Part shown: in pieces, positions 34,587-44,751 of the stretch | Numbering within the stretch: position 1 is the stretch's first letter | How the letters are laid out: each line of letters opens with the position of its first letter | Origin: Candidatus Eiseniibacteriota bacterium | Lineage (GTDB): Bacteria > Eisenbacteria > RBG-16-71-46 | Direction of reading: 5' to 3' | Length of the DNA: 64,000 nucleotides | Assembly (NCBI GenBank): GCA_044223005.1 | Contig: JBGAML010000001.1 | Coordinates: 416,001 to 480,000 of the forward strand | Translations under genes and position numbers: made by a program | The notes under the pieces: model-generated | Told to the model about the DNA's origin: nothing | Database searches by the model: none | What the model saw: the letters and a program-made list of their open reading frames with translations, nothing else

Positions 34587-37298
34587 TCAGTTCGCCGCGG
34601 CGCCGAAGCCTCGCATTGCCGGAACGCCCGCGTCCGCCCGCGAGCCCGCTTCCAGCGCCCGCTTCACGCGCGCCCGCGTCTCCTGGAGGTGCGCCCGCGT
34701 CGCGTCGCCGAGCGCCGGCAGCAGCAGCACGCGGGACGCCCGAGCGTCGATGCGGCCCAGCTGCAGGCGCGCCAGCGCCCGCGCGTCGTCCGGCACCCCG
34801 GGCAGGTCGCCCGTGACCATGCTCGCGAGCCGGTCCACCCACGCGCGCTGCAGCTCGCGGCGGGTGCTCGTCCCCTCGAGCGCGCGGAATGCGGGCGTCG
34901 GCACCGCGGCGACCTCGCCCCAGAGAGAGCGCGTCACGCGGTCGAAGTGCTCGGCGAGGCGGTAGGCCTCGGGCGAGCGCGACTCGGACTCGCGGATGCG
35001 GGCCAGGAGCGCCGGCGACGAGATCGCCCGCATCAGCGCGGCCTGGAGCGCGAGGGCGCGATCGTTCCATGCGAAGTCCACGCGCGACGCCATGAGTGGC
35101 GTGCCACCCCAGTGCGACCAGCGATCCGGCATCAGCCGCTGCAGCAGGCGCGGCGGGATCGCGAAGGCGTCGGCCGCGAACACGCGCGCCGACAGGAAGT
35201 CGAGCGCCTCGCGCTGCTTCGCGGCCGGCACCGGCACCACCGGGTCGATCTCGCCCGGCTGCCCGCGGTGCACGCGCGTCACGTACGAGCCGCCGAAGTA
35301 CTTGACCGCGAAGCCGCAGGCGATGCCGTATTGCTGCAGCACGGTGTCCAGCGCACGCCGCATCGCACCGAGGTCGCCGGAGCCGCCCACGACGCGCTCC
35401 TCGAACTTCGGGTTGCGCCACAGCGACGCGAGGTAAGCCGTGCGCTGCTGCGCGAACGCCAGCGGGTCGCCGCCCAGGTCGTAGAGATTGCTGCGCGGGT
35501 CCGCCGCCTCGGCCGGGTACGTGTCCTCGTCGGTCGAGTACTCGTGGCCGGGCTGCAGCGACTCGTCGGCGATGCGCCGCGCGAACGCCGCGTCGCCCTC
35601 CGGCGTCGCTTCGCCGGACGGCGTGTAGCCGAACCGGATCGCCCACGTGTCGTAGGTGCCGGGCGTGGTCGTCCACCACTCGCCCTGGTGCCCATGGTCG
35701 TGCGCGATGTTCGGCGATGGATACTCCATCACCGAGGAGTAGAGCCCGTGCGTCGCCGTCCAGCCCGCGTCCTGCAGTCGCTCCATCGGCGTCGACGTGC
35801 TCGAGCGGAAGTTGTGGCGCAGGCCGAGCGTGTGCCCAACCTCGTGCATCACGGCCCACACGACCGCCGGATGGACGAACTCGTCCGGCACCGGCTCGCC
35901 GGGCGGGATCAGGCCGTCGAGCAGCAGCGACGTCCGTTCGAGCGCGCCCGCGTCGAGCACGGACAGCCCGGCGTCGCAGCGCTGCTCCGCCGAGAGGCCC
36001 GGCGGCACCGGGGCGGTCGAGGGCAGGATCGACGCCGCCAGGTCCTCGGGACCCGCGAAGCGGCGGTAGTAGCTGCGGTAGCCCTGGAACATCGAGGTCT
36101 CGAACAGCACGTCGGCGTCGAGGATCTCGCCCGTGCGCGGATCGATCCGCGACGGCCCGATCGCGCCGAACGACGGTTCGGTCGACGTGATCCAGCGGAT
36201 CGTGCTGTAGCGCACGTCCTCGGGGTCGAACGTCGAGTCCTGCGGCGCGTCCTTCGCGACGATCGCGTTGCGGAAGCCGGCGGCCTCGAACGCCTTCTGC
36301 CACTTCTCGACGCCCTCCTTCACCCAGGGGCGGTATTTCTCGGGCACGGTGCGATCGATGTAGAAGACGATCGGCTTCACCGGCTCGGAGACCGCGGCGG
36401 CCGGATCCTGCTTCTCGAGCCGCCAGTGATTGACGTAGCGCACGAAGAAGTTCTCGCGATCGTCGTGCGAGAAGTCCTTCTGCGCCGTGAGGAAGAAGCC
36501 CACGCGGTCGTCGGCCTCACGCGGCATCATCGGCACGTCGGGCAGCTTCGAGAACGAGTAGTGCACGGTCACCGCCACGAAGCGCGAGTCCGGCACGCCG
36601 TCGAGGCCGAGGCCCGTGCGATCGTTGGGCGTGTACGTGAGCAGCGCCTCGATCTCGGCGTTCTCCGGGAACACCTTCACCTGACCCAGCGCCGAGCGCT
36701 CCTTGTCGAACCGCACCGACTTGCCCCCGAACGAGGCGCGCATGCGCTCGCCCAGGTCCGATACGTCGCTCAGCACGACCGGCGCGAGATCGACGAGCAG
36801 CTTCTTCGTCGAGTCCTGCTCGCTCTCGATCTTGAGCGAGGCGACGACCGAGTTGCCGATCGACAGCTCGCGCGCCGCGTCGATGGGCGTGCCCTTCGGC
36901 GCGACGAACCGCTCGTTCACCTCGACGAGCAGCACGCGGTCGCCCGAACGTTCGAAGCGCAGGACGCGGTCGTCGAGCGGAAGGCCGCCGAGCAGGCCGT
37001 TGGAGCCGATGCCGCGTGCGAAGCTCGCGATGCTGAGGAACGGCTGGCCGAGCTGGACCGGCGCGAGCTCGAGGTAGAGGTTCTCGCGCTTGCGGTAGAG
37101 CGTGAAGAACCCGTGCGAGACCTCGGCCTCGCGCGTGAGCTTCTTCCAGTCGCCGTAGGGCCGGTCCGGAGCGGCGGACGCGGGCGCCGCCGCCGGCGCG
37201 TCCGCCTTCGCGGCCACGGGCGTCGCCGCGAGGCCGCCCGCGAGGATCGTGGAAAGGGCGAGCGCGAGGGCCGCGCGCGCCGAGAGCATGGACGTCAT
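34587..37298 (-). CDS. Secreted zinc-dependent metalloprotease (EcxA/DUF4953-DUF5117-like metzincin)
   Basis: Signal peptide; PREADDRVGFF, KPIVFYID, DPRTGEILDADV, HEVGHTLGLRHNF, SSVMEY Met-turn. Confidence 0.92.
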   Translation of the reverse strand: MTSMLSARAALALALSTILAGGLAATPVAAKADAPAAAPASAAPDRPYGDWKKLTREAEVSHGFFTLYRKRENLYLELAPVQLGQPFLSIASFARGIGSNGLLGGLPLDDRVLRFERSGDRVLLVEVNERFVAPKGTPIDAARELSIGNSVVASLKIESEQDSTKKLLVDLAPVVLSDVSDLGERMRASFGGKSVRFDKERSALGQVKVFPENAEIEALLTYTPNDRTGLGLDGVPDSRFVAVTVHYSFSKLPDVPMMPREADDRVGFFLTAQKDFSHDDRENFFVRYVNHWRLEKQDPAAAVSEPVKPIVFYIDRTVPEKYRPWVKEGVEKWQKAFEAAGFRNAIVAKDAPQDSTFDPEDVRYSTIRWITSTEPSFGAIGPSRIDPRTGEILDADVLFETSMFQGYRSYYRRFAGPEDLAASILPSTAPVPPGLSAEQRCDAGLSVLDAGALERTSLLLDGLIPPGEPVPDEFVHPAVVWAVMHEVGHTLGLRHNFRSSTSTPMERLQDAGWTATHGLYSSVMEYPSPNIAHDHGHQGEWWTTTPGTYDTWAIRFGYTPSGEATPEGDAAFARRIADESLQPGHEYSTDEDTYPAEAADPRSNLYDLGGDPLAFAQQRTAYLASLWRNPKFEERVVGGSGDLGAMRRALDTVLQQYGIACGFAVKYFGGSYVTRVHRGQPGEIDPVVPVPAAKQREALDFLSARVFAADAFAIPPRLLQRLMPDRWSHWGGTPLMASRVDFAWNDRALALQAALMRAISSPALLARIRESESRSPEAYRLAEHFDRVTRSLWGEVAAVPTPAFRALEGTSTRRELQRAWVDRLASMVTGDLPGVPDDARALARLQLGRIDARASRVLLLPALGDATRAHLQETRARVKRALEAGSRADAGVPAMRGFGAAAN

Positions 37299-37523
37299 GG
37301 AGAGCTCCTGCCGCCGAGGTCCGGCGCGAGGCGTGGGAGTGCCGGCGGCCGCGCCGCCGAAGGGGACCACGAGCCGTGGACGGTACGCGCGGCGAACGCG
37401 TGCCTCAACGCCCGAGCGGCGGGCGCGGGATTTCGGCGATCCGGCGGGCAGATGCCGCGCGGAGCCGGACGCACGCCGGGCCGGGGCGCGAGACCCCGGC
37501 CCGGCGGCGAGAACGTGCATGCG

Positions 37524-38600
37524 TCAGAAGCCGAGCACCTGCCACTGCAGCACGCCCTGCAACCCGTCGGACGCGTGCTTCTTCGTCAGCCGGGCGACCG
37601 CCGCCTTCACGTTCATCTTGTGCCCGTTGCCCCACCACGCGAGCCCGCCCGTCAGGCGCGTCTCGTCGGCGAGGGACGCGAGCTTGTAGTCGCGGCTCGC
37701 GAACTGGACGAACGGCGACACGTTGAGCTGGTGGAGATACCACCCCGCCTCGACCAGCGTCGCGTCCTGCTCCGGCAGTTTCGCGAACGTGGAGTTGCCG
37801 TCGTAGTGGATGAAGTCGCCCTGGAGCGTGACGCCGTCGCCGCCGGGCACCGGCCACTCCACCGCGATGTCGCCGCCCGCCGCACGGTACTCGCGCTGCG
37901 CGTCGAGGCTCGCGCCGACCGCGACGATCTGGCGCTTCCCGAGCGACGTGCCGACGTAGAACATGCCGGAGTCGACGCCGGCCGCGTAGTACACGAGCCG
38001 TCCCGCCACGCGCATCGGTCCGCGCGCCGTCGTGTCGCGCGAGCCCTGGTAGACGCCCGCGCGGTACTCGACCCGACGGCCGCCGAGGAACCCGCGGAAG
38101 GCCGCACCGTAGTCGCGGCCGACCTTCGAGTTCGTGACGTCCGAATGCAGGAAGCTGTACGGGCCGTAGTCGACCGCGAGCAGCGAGCCCGCACTCTGCT
38201 GCGTGTTGTGCGACACCGGCACCAGGAGCAGGCCGGCGTCCACGCGCAGGTCCGGGTTCAGCGTGTACGTGAGCGCGGCGTCCTGGACGATGACGCCGTT
38301 CTCGGTCTTCGAACCCGTCGTGGCGCCCTTGCCCGCGTTGGGCATGTCGGTGTCGGCGTAGATCGCGAGCCGGTCGTTGATCTTGCCGCCGACCATGGCC
38401 CGGAAGCGCCGCACGAACACGTTGCCCTGCGACGCGCCGGCGTCGGGGTTCTTGAGGGCTTCGGCCTGGAGCTGCGACAGAAAGCCCACGGTGAGGGTCG
38501 ACTTGCCGTCGGCGCTGGTGACCTGCCACTGCGCGCGGGCCGGCGGCGCGGCGGCCAGCAGCACGGCCGCCGCCAGGATGACGAGCGTGACGCGTTTCAT
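37524..38600 (-). CDS. Outer-membrane porin (OprO/OprP-like, possibly for carboxylates)
   Basis: Signal peptide ending ARA; FVRRFR, QDA, GRDYG motifs; C-terminal Phe; last gene of the actP operon. Confidence 0.8.
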   Translation of the reverse strand: MKRVTLVILAAAVLLAAAPPARAQWQVTSADGKSTLTVGFLSQLQAEALKNPDAGASQGNVFVRRFRAMVGGKINDRLAIYADTDMPNAGKGATTGSKTENGVIVQDAALTYTLNPDLRVDAGLLLVPVSHNTQQSAGSLLAVDYGPYSFLHSDVTNSKVGRDYGAAFRGFLGGRRVEYRAGVYQGSRDTTARGPMRVAGRLVYYAAGVDSGMFYVGTSLGKRQIVAVGASLDAQREYRAAGGDIAVEWPVPGGDGVTLQGDFIHYDGNSTFAKLPEQDATLVEAGWYLHQLNVSPFVQFASRDYKLASLADETRLTGGLAWWGNGHKMNVKAAVARLTKKHASDGLQGVLQWQVLGF

Positions 38601-38617
38601 GTTGCGAATCCTCCCGA

Positions 38618-40237
38618 TCACTCGGCACCGATGCCGAGATAGGTGCGCAGCTTTTCGTCCTCGAACTTCTCGGCGGCCGAGCGCTCCGGCGCGGCCAGCG
38701 AGACGAGGATGCCGACCACGAACGACGCGGTCATGGACACGATGGCGGGATTCTTGAGGGGGAAGAGCGCCTTCTCGTGCTTCAGCACGTCCACCCACAC
38801 CGCCGGTCCGATGATGATGAGACCGACCGCCAGCACGGCACCGACGAGGATGCTCGCGACGGCTCCGGCCGTGGTGAACGGCTTCCACACGATGCTGAGG
38901 AGGAGCGACGGGAAGTTGGCGCTGCAGGCGACCGCGAACGCGAGACCGACCATGTACGCCACGTTCTGCTCCTTGAACACGATGCCGAGCAGCACGGCGA
39001 TCAGGCCGAACGCGACGGTCGCGCCGCGCGCCACCGCCACCTGCTGCTGCTCCGTCGCCGAGCCCTTCTTGATCACGCTCACGTAGATGTCGTGCGAGAG
39101 TGCGGACGCGCCCGCCAGCGTGAGGCCCGCGACCACGGCGAGGATCGTCGCGAACGCGACCGCCGCGATGAACCCGAGGAACGCCGTGCCGCCGAGGTGC
39201 TCGGCGAGCAGCGGCGCGGCCATGTTGCCGCCCTTGTCGAACGACGTGATCAGCTCGCGCCCGAGCCCGCCTTCGTGCAGGCCGGGCAGGAGCGCCGCGG
39301 CGCCGAAGCCGACGATCGGGATGATGAGGTAGAAGTAGCCGATGAACCCCGTCGCCACGAGCACCGACTTCCGCGCCTCGCGCGCGTCGGGCACGGTGTA
39401 GAAGCGCATCAGGATGTGCGGCAGTCCGAGCACGCCGAACATGAGCGCGAGCCCCAGCGAGACCGCGTCGAGCGGCTTGCTCACGAGCCCGCCCGGTTCG
39501 AGCGCCGACTGCCCGTACTTCTGCGACACGGCTGCGTAGAGCGCACCGAGGTCGAAACCGAACCGTGACAGCACCATGAACGTGAGGACGGTCACGCCGA
39601 GCAGCAGCAGGACCGCCTTGATGATCTGGACCCACGTGGTCGCGATCATGCCGCCGAAGAGCACGTACGCCAGCATCACCGCGCCGACGATCAGCACCGC
39701 GATTTCGAACGGCAGGCCGAACATGAGCCGGATCAGGTTGCCGGCACCCACCATCTGCGCGGTCGTGTAGACGAGCACGGTGAGGATGCCGCCCACCGCC
39801 GCCGCGATGCGCACGGGCGCCTGCTTCAGGCGGAACGCGACGACGTCGGCGAAGGTGTACTTGCCGAGGTTCCGCAGCGGCTCGGCGACGAGGAACATCA
39901 GCGCCGGCCAGCCGACCAGCCAGCCGGTGGCGTAGATCATGCCGTCGTAGCCCTTGGTGGCGACGAGGCCGGCGATCCCGAGGAACGACGCCGCGCTCAT
40001 GTAGTCGCCCGCGAGCGCGAGGCCGTTCTGGAAGCCGCTCACGCTGCGGCCCGCGGCGTAGTACTCCTTCGCGGACCGCGTGCGCCGCGCGGCCCACCAC
40101 GTGATCACGAGCGTGAGCGCCACGATGACGAAGAAGAAGCCGATCGAGGCGGCCGTGGGACGCCCGAGCGTGCTGGTGGCGGCGGTGGCCGCAGCGGCCG
40201 CGGCGGCGGGTGCGTCGGCGAGAAGGTGCAGGATCAT
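38618..40237 (-). CDS. actP: Cation/acetate symporter ActP (SSS family)
   Basis: NGLALAGDYMSAASFLG, AEPLRNLGKYTFAD, GLPHILMRFYTV, AVAFATILAVVAGL, SHDIY. Confidence 0.93.
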   Translation of the reverse strand: MILHLLADAPAAAAAAATAATSTLGRPTAASIGFFFVIVALTLVITWWAARRTRSAKEYYAAGRSVSGFQNGLALAGDYMSAASFLGIAGLVATKGYDGMIYATGWLVGWPALMFLVAEPLRNLGKYTFADVVAFRLKQAPVRIAAAVGGILTVLVYTTAQMVGAGNLIRLMFGLPFEIAVLIVGAVMLAYVLFGGMIATTWVQIIKAVLLLLGVTVLTFMVLSRFGFDLGALYAAVSQKYGQSALEPGGLVSKPLDAVSLGLALMFGVLGLPHILMRFYTVPDAREARKSVLVATGFIGYFYLIIPIVGFGAAALLPGLHEGGLGRELITSFDKGGNMAAPLLAEHLGGTAFLGFIAAVAFATILAVVAGLTLAGASALSHDIYVSVIKKGSATEQQQVAVARGATVAFGLIAVLLGIVFKEQNVAYMVGLAFAVACSANFPSLLLSIVWKPFTTAGAVASILVGAVLAVGLIIIGPAVWVDVLKHEKALFPLKNPAIVSMTASFVVGILVSLAAPERSAAEKFEDEKLRTYLGIGAE

Positions 40238-40256
40238 GAGAGTTCCTCCCCGGCGC

Positions 40257-40559
40257 TCAGCGCCCGGCCTGGTCGCGCAGCTTGCGGACGGCGTCGTCGT
40301 GGCGGCCGTTCGCCCAGACGACGTATGCCGCGGTGAGCACCCATGCGATCACGATCACGGCGGCACCCAGCGGGATGCCGAGCGTCGTGACCGCGCCGAC
40401 CTTCTTCGCGAGGAACGGCTTGTCGTAGCCGACGAGGAGGATGAACCCGTAGTAGAGGACGAACAGCGCGATCGTCAGCACGATGGACACGGTCCACTTG
40501 CTGCGGACGAGCGCGCGGAACGCCGGCGAATCCAGGATCTCTCGGTTCGTGGGTGGCAC
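40257..40559 (-). CDS. yjcH: DUF485 (YjcH-like) inner-membrane protein
   Basis: FRALVRSK, two TM helices, YVVWAN; directly upstream of actP; SD GGGAGG before GTG 40559. Confidence 0.88.
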   Translation of the reverse strand: MPPTNREILDSPAFRALVRSKWTVSIVLTIALFVLYYGFILLVGYDKPFLAKKVGAVTTLGIPLGAAVIVIAWVLTAAYVVWANGRHDDAVRKLRDQAGR

Positions 40560-40593
40560 GGACGATTCCTCCCAGGACGCGGCGGCCACCGCG

Positions 40594-41196
40594 TCAGGTC
40601 AGGTCCTGAAGGGAACGCGCCGACAGCCGCGCGCGCAGGGCGAGGAACAGCTCCGCCGTGGCGAGCGCGTCGTGCAGCGCGTCGTGATTCGCGTGCGGGG
40701 GCAGCCCGAGGTCCTCCCGGGCCTCGGAGAGAGCGGTACGAGTCGGTGCGGGATGCGGTACGAGCTGGTGCATGCGGTGTTCGAGCTTCTCGAGCAGCCG
40801 GACGGTGTCGACGACCGGCGGCTTCGGCCATGCGAGTCCGTGCGCCGCCCAGGCGGTGCGCAGGAACGCGACGTCGAGCGACGCGAAGTGGACGAGCAAC
40901 ACGCCTTCGCGCAGGCGCCGGTCCACCTCGGGCAGCACGTCCGCGAGCGGCGGCGCGTCCGCGAGCTCGTCCGGGACGAGGTGGTGCGCGCGCAGGCCCT
41001 CGCCCGCGACGGCGGCGGGCCGTACGGGCCGCACGTGCGAACGCCAGCGTTCGCCCCAGCGGATCGCACCCGCGCGAATCGGCACCATGCCCACCGAGAG
41101 GATCTCGTCGCGCGCGGGGTCGAGCCCGGTCGTCTCGAGGTCCAGCGCCCAGTAGGTGGGGGCGTCCCACGCGGGTCCGCGGCGCAGGCCGAACAT
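40594..41196 (-). CDS. DEDDh 3'-5' exonuclease (DnaQ/RNase T-like) coupled to the DUF294 gene
   Basis: LDLETTGLD, HFASLD, VDT, HDALHDA; ATG overlaps the DUF294 gene TGA. Confidence 0.9.
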   Translation of the reverse strand: MFGLRRGPAWDAPTYWALDLETTGLDPARDEILSVGMVPIRAGAIRWGERWRSHVRPVRPAAVAGEGLRAHHLVPDELADAPPLADVLPEVDRRLREGVLLVHFASLDVAFLRTAWAAHGLAWPKPPVVDTVRLLEKLEHRMHQLVPHPAPTRTALSEAREDLGLPPHANHDALHDALATAELFLALRARLSARSLQDLT

Positions 41197-43001
41197 CAGC
41201 CGAGCCTCTCGGTGCCGAGCCGCATGCGCAGCGCCTGCTGCAGCTCGCGCACGGCGACGAAGACTTCCTTCAGGTGCGCGCGCTCGAGCGCCGTCAGGCC
41301 CTCGAGCCGCGCGGCGTTGCCCGCGGGGCGTCCGGCGCGGCGCGCGAGCAGCTGGTCGCGGAGCCGCAGGCGCATCAGGAACCGCAGCGCCTCCTCGAGC
41401 GTGGAGGCGCCCTCGCGGCTGAGCGTGCCCGCGGCAGCCGCGGCGGCGAGCCGGTCGATCGTGGCGCGCGCGTCCGAACCGGCCTCGAGCGCGACCACGC
41501 GCGCGAGGCCCACGATCGGCAGCAGCCCGCCCTTCTTGAGGTCGACGCCGCCGTGTTCCTCGCGGATCTGCCGGAACGCCGAGAGCGGCGGCTCGAACGC
41601 GAGCGCCGTTCGCGCGAGCTGCGCGAGGAAGCCGCGCTCGCCCGCCACCGAACGCTGCAGCGCCGCGAGCGGCTCCAGGTCCAGCGTGCCGTGCACGGCG
41701 CGCCAATCGAACAGCGTCGACGCGTCCAGCAGCGCCGGCCCGTCGGGCCGCGCGATCCAGCCGCGCACGCGGGCGACCCACTGCGCGAGCGGCAGGCCCC
41801 AGCGCGTCGCCATGTAGCCGCCCGGGCACGCCGGGAACCCGGCCGCGAGCAGCCCGTCGACCACGCGCTGCGCGAGCGCGGCGAAGTACGCCGCGTGCGC
41901 CGGGTCGCCGTCCGCCCATGCGAGGGCGTTGTCCTGGTCGGTGAGCCACACCTGCTCCATGCGGCCTTCCGAACCGCACACGAGCCACGCGTAGGCGCAG
42001 GGCGGCGGCCCGAGTGCCGATTCCGCGTCGCGCAGCAGCGCCACGACCAGCGCGTCGTTGAGGCGCGAGACCACGCGTCCCACCTGCACGGCCTCGAGCC
42101 CGGCGCCGAAGAGCGATTCGACCACGTGCTCGACTTCGCCGCGGTAGCCCGCGAGGTCGCGACCGGCCTCGAACCCCGCGAGGCGCTTGAGCAGCGCGAT
42201 CGGGCTGCGCACCTGCGCGCGCAGCAGGTCGGTGTCCGTGAGCACGCCCACCACTCGCCCGCCGCGCGCGAGCGGCGCGTGGTGCACGCGGCGCTCGAGC
42301 ATGAAGAGGAGCGCGTCGAACAGCGACGCGCCTTCGTCGAGCGTCGCGACCGGGCTCGACATCACGTCGGCCACCGGCGTCGCGGGGCCGCGGTTCTCGG
42401 CGAGCACGCGCGCGCGCAGGTCGCGATCGGTCAGGATGCCGGCCGCGCCGCCGTCGACCAGCACGGAACTCACGCCCTGGTCGCGCATGACGCGCGCCGC
42501 CTCGCCGACCGTCGCGCCCGCGGGCACGGTCACGGGCTCGCGCGTCGCGAGCTCGCGCGCCGGGCGTGCCAGCTCGGCACCCGCCGGCAGAGCCTCCCAC
42601 GACGACGCGCGCCGCAGCCGGTCCGCCAGGTCGAGCAGGAAGAACTCCGCGAACGCCGGCGAGTGCTCCATGAGCCGGTCGAACAGGTCGGCCGGTATGC
42701 GGTAGGCGAGCACGTCCTCGGCGGCGATCGCGTCGACGTGCGGGCTCACGCGCCCGATCAGCGACGGGAAGCCGAACGCGTCGCCCTCTTCGAGCACCTG
42801 CACGAGCCGGCCGTCGCGCTCCAGGCGCACCGAGCCCTTGCGCACGACGTGGAGGTGCGTCGCCTGCGGCCCGCCACGGCGCAGCACCGTTTCGCCGCGG
42901 GGCAGCAGCACGACCTCGAGGCCGTGCTCGAGCCACCGGCGCTCCTCGGGGAGCAGGCGGTCGAACGGCGGGTGCGTCTGCAGGAACTCGAGCGGTTCCA
43001 C
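41196..43001 (-). CDS. cNMP-binding/CBS-pair/DUF294 nucleotidyltransferase
   Basis: FLQTHPPF...VVRKGSV...GDAFG (cNMP-like); GILTDRDLR (CBS); GSEGRMEQ...TDQDN (pol-beta NTase GS...DxD); CPGGYMA; DLKKGG. Confidence 0.92.
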   Translation of the reverse strand: MEPLEFLQTHPPFDRLLPEERRWLEHGLEVVLLPRGETVLRRGGPQATHLHVVRKGSVRLERDGRLVQVLEEGDAFGFPSLIGRVSPHVDAIAAEDVLAYRIPADLFDRLMEHSPAFAEFFLLDLADRLRRASSWEALPAGAELARPARELATREPVTVPAGATVGEAARVMRDQGVSSVLVDGGAAGILTDRDLRARVLAENRGPATPVADVMSSPVATLDEGASLFDALLFMLERRVHHAPLARGGRVVGVLTDTDLLRAQVRSPIALLKRLAGFEAGRDLAGYRGEVEHVVESLFGAGLEAVQVGRVVSRLNDALVVALLRDAESALGPPPCAYAWLVCGSEGRMEQVWLTDQDNALAWADGDPAHAAYFAALAQRVVDGLLAAGFPACPGGYMATRWGLPLAQWVARVRGWIARPDGPALLDASTLFDWRAVHGTLDLEPLAALQRSVAGERGFLAQLARTALAFEPPLSAFRQIREEHGGVDLKKGGLLPIVGLARVVALEAGSDARATIDRLAAAAAAGTLSREGASTLEEALRFLMRLRLRDQLLARRAGRPAGNAARLEGLTALERAHLKEVFVAVRELQQALRMRLGTERLG

Positions 43002-43240
43002 GACGGCATCGCTCCCCCGCCGATGCCCGCGATCCGCACCGCGGGGACCGGCGCCTTCGGAAGACGCGCCTCCCGGGAGTGCACCCGGCGGGGCACCGCC
43101 GCGCGACGCTCCAGGTCACCCTGGAGAAGCAGACCGCCCGAAGGGCCCCAACCCGGTCCGGACGTCGCGCATCGGCACGGGCATCGTAGCGAGGGAGGCC
43201 CCGGGGCGAAAGCACTTCCGCCGGAGGGGGCCGAAAGGCG

Positions 43241-43888
43241 CTACAGCCCGCCGTCGCGGATGAGCGTCACCGGCAGTTCGCGCACGTAGTCGCCGGCGGC
43301 GCGGCGGAACCCCATGCGCTCGAGGTAGGCCGCATGGCGCGGATGGCCCGGGGCCGACACGAAGCGGTGCACGCCACGCGAGCGGAACCAGCCCGAGCGC
43401 TCCTCGAACAGGAACTTGCCGACCGCGAAATCGCGATAGCCGGGAATCACGTAGTCGAGCAGCACGCGTGCCGTGGACTCCTCGCGGCGCGCGATCATCA
43501 CGCCCGCGGGGACCATGTTGCGCAGCACGAGCAGGTTCAGGTGTCCGGCTTCGGGTTCGTACGTGTAGTCCGGCACGAAGCCCGCGATGTCCTTGCGATG
43601 GAAGTCGACGAAGCCGCGCAGGTACTCGCTGTCGTGCGCGACCTCGAGCAGCGTGAAGTAATCGCGCTGTCGCAGCATCTGCACGAGGAAGTACAGGTCG
43701 ACGATCGCGATGAGGCCGTTCAGGCCCGCGACCGGATACGCGTGGATCAGCACGCCGTAGAGCGACAGCATGAGCGCGCCGACCAGGTTGAGCAGGCGCA
43801 GGCGCAGCAGGGATTTCATCATCAGGGACACCGCCACCATCACCGACGCGGCGTAGCCCAGCATCTCGAGCGCGGCGTGCGCGTTCAT
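43241..43888 (-). CDS. YgjV-like membrane protein with C-terminal GNAT-like domain
   Basis: GYAAS...SLMMKS..RLR..NLVG with three TM; LDYVIPGYRDFAVG and HAAYLERMGF. Confidence 0.75.
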   Translation of the reverse strand: MNAHAALEMLGYAASVMVAVSLMMKSLLRLRLLNLVGALMLSLYGVLIHAYPVAGLNGLIAIVDLYFLVQMLRQRDYFTLLEVAHDSEYLRGFVDFHRKDIAGFVPDYTYEPEAGHLNLLVLRNMVPAGVMIARREESTARVLLDYVIPGYRDFAVGKFLFEERSGWFRSRGVHRFVSAPGHPRHAAYLERMGFRRAAGDYVRELPVTLIRDGGL

Positions 43889-43943
43889 GCTTCGTCTCCT
43901 CCTCCGGAATGCCGTTGTGTTCCGCGCGATCGCGCCCGCGCGT

Positions 43944-44624
43944 TCACGCGCCGGACGCGACCGCCGCGAGGAACGCGCCGGCCTCTTCGATCACGTCGCC
44001 GGTCCACTCGTGACCGGCGCCTTCGACGATGCGGGCGCTCGCGTACGCGCCGGCCTCGCGCAGCAGCGCTTCGTCGCGCCGCACGAGCGCCTCGCCGTAG
44101 TACCCGTCGCGCGAGCCCGTGACGATCCGCACGCGCGGCCACGGTCGCTCGGGCGATGTGCGCAGCTCGGGCGGCAGGTCGCCTGCGACCGCCAGCACGC
44201 CGGCCGCGGGCCGGCGCCCGAGCGCCGCCGCGCGGTAGGCCATGCCGACGCCCTGCGAGAAGCCCGCATGCACGATCCGCGCGGGCTCGCCGTGCTCGCG
44301 CGCGAGCGCGTCGAGCACCGCGTCCACGTACGCGACGTTGTCCGCGATCGCGAGCTCGCGATCCTGCCGCGTCATCCAGTTCGCCACCACGTCCTCGCTG
44401 CGGTTGTAGAACGCGTGCAGCGCCTGCACCGCGACCACGAGCCAGCCGTCCGCGCCCGGAACGGGCCGGAGCAGGTCGAGCATGATCTCGGCGTTCTGCG
44501 CGTAGCCGTGGTAGCCGACGAACCAGCCGCGAGCCGGCGCCGTGCGAGCGGGTTGCACGAGGTAGCGGCCGTGGACCGGGGTCGCGACATGGCGCGGGGT
44601 GGGAGCGGAACCTTCCGGGGACAA
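43944..44624 (-). CDS. Phospholipase/carboxylesterase (alpha/beta hydrolase)
   Basis: HGYAQ, WMTRQDRE, GFSQG nucleophile elbow, GSRD, GH. Confidence 0.88.
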   Translation of the reverse strand: MSPEGSAPTPRHVATPVHGRYLVQPARTAPARGWFVGYHGYAQNAEIMLDLLRPVPGADGWLVVAVQALHAFYNRSEDVVANWMTRQDRELAIADNVAYVDAVLDALAREHGEPARIVHAGFSQGVGMAYRAAALGRRPAAGVLAVAGDLPPELRTSPERPWPRVRIVTGSRDGYYGEALVRRDEALLREAGAYASARIVEGAGHEWTGDVIEEAGAFLAAVASGA

Positions 44625-44751
44625 GCGCCCCTCCTTTCAGGGGGGCGCAATGTAGAGCATGGGCGCCGCGCCCGCGAACCGGGCCGGCGCGAAAACGACG
44701 CGGCCCCGGCGTGTGGGGCGCCGGGGCCGGTTCGATGCGAAGAACGAATCG

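Noticed and set aside
30530..38642. Very long + strand ORFs (30530-34816, 33723-38642) and similar ones such as 7860-10787, 13110-16343, 16162-19302, 40080-43289
   Set aside because: Arg/Ala/Gly-rich shadow frames overlapping well-supported genes; expected at this GC content; no recognisable motifs.
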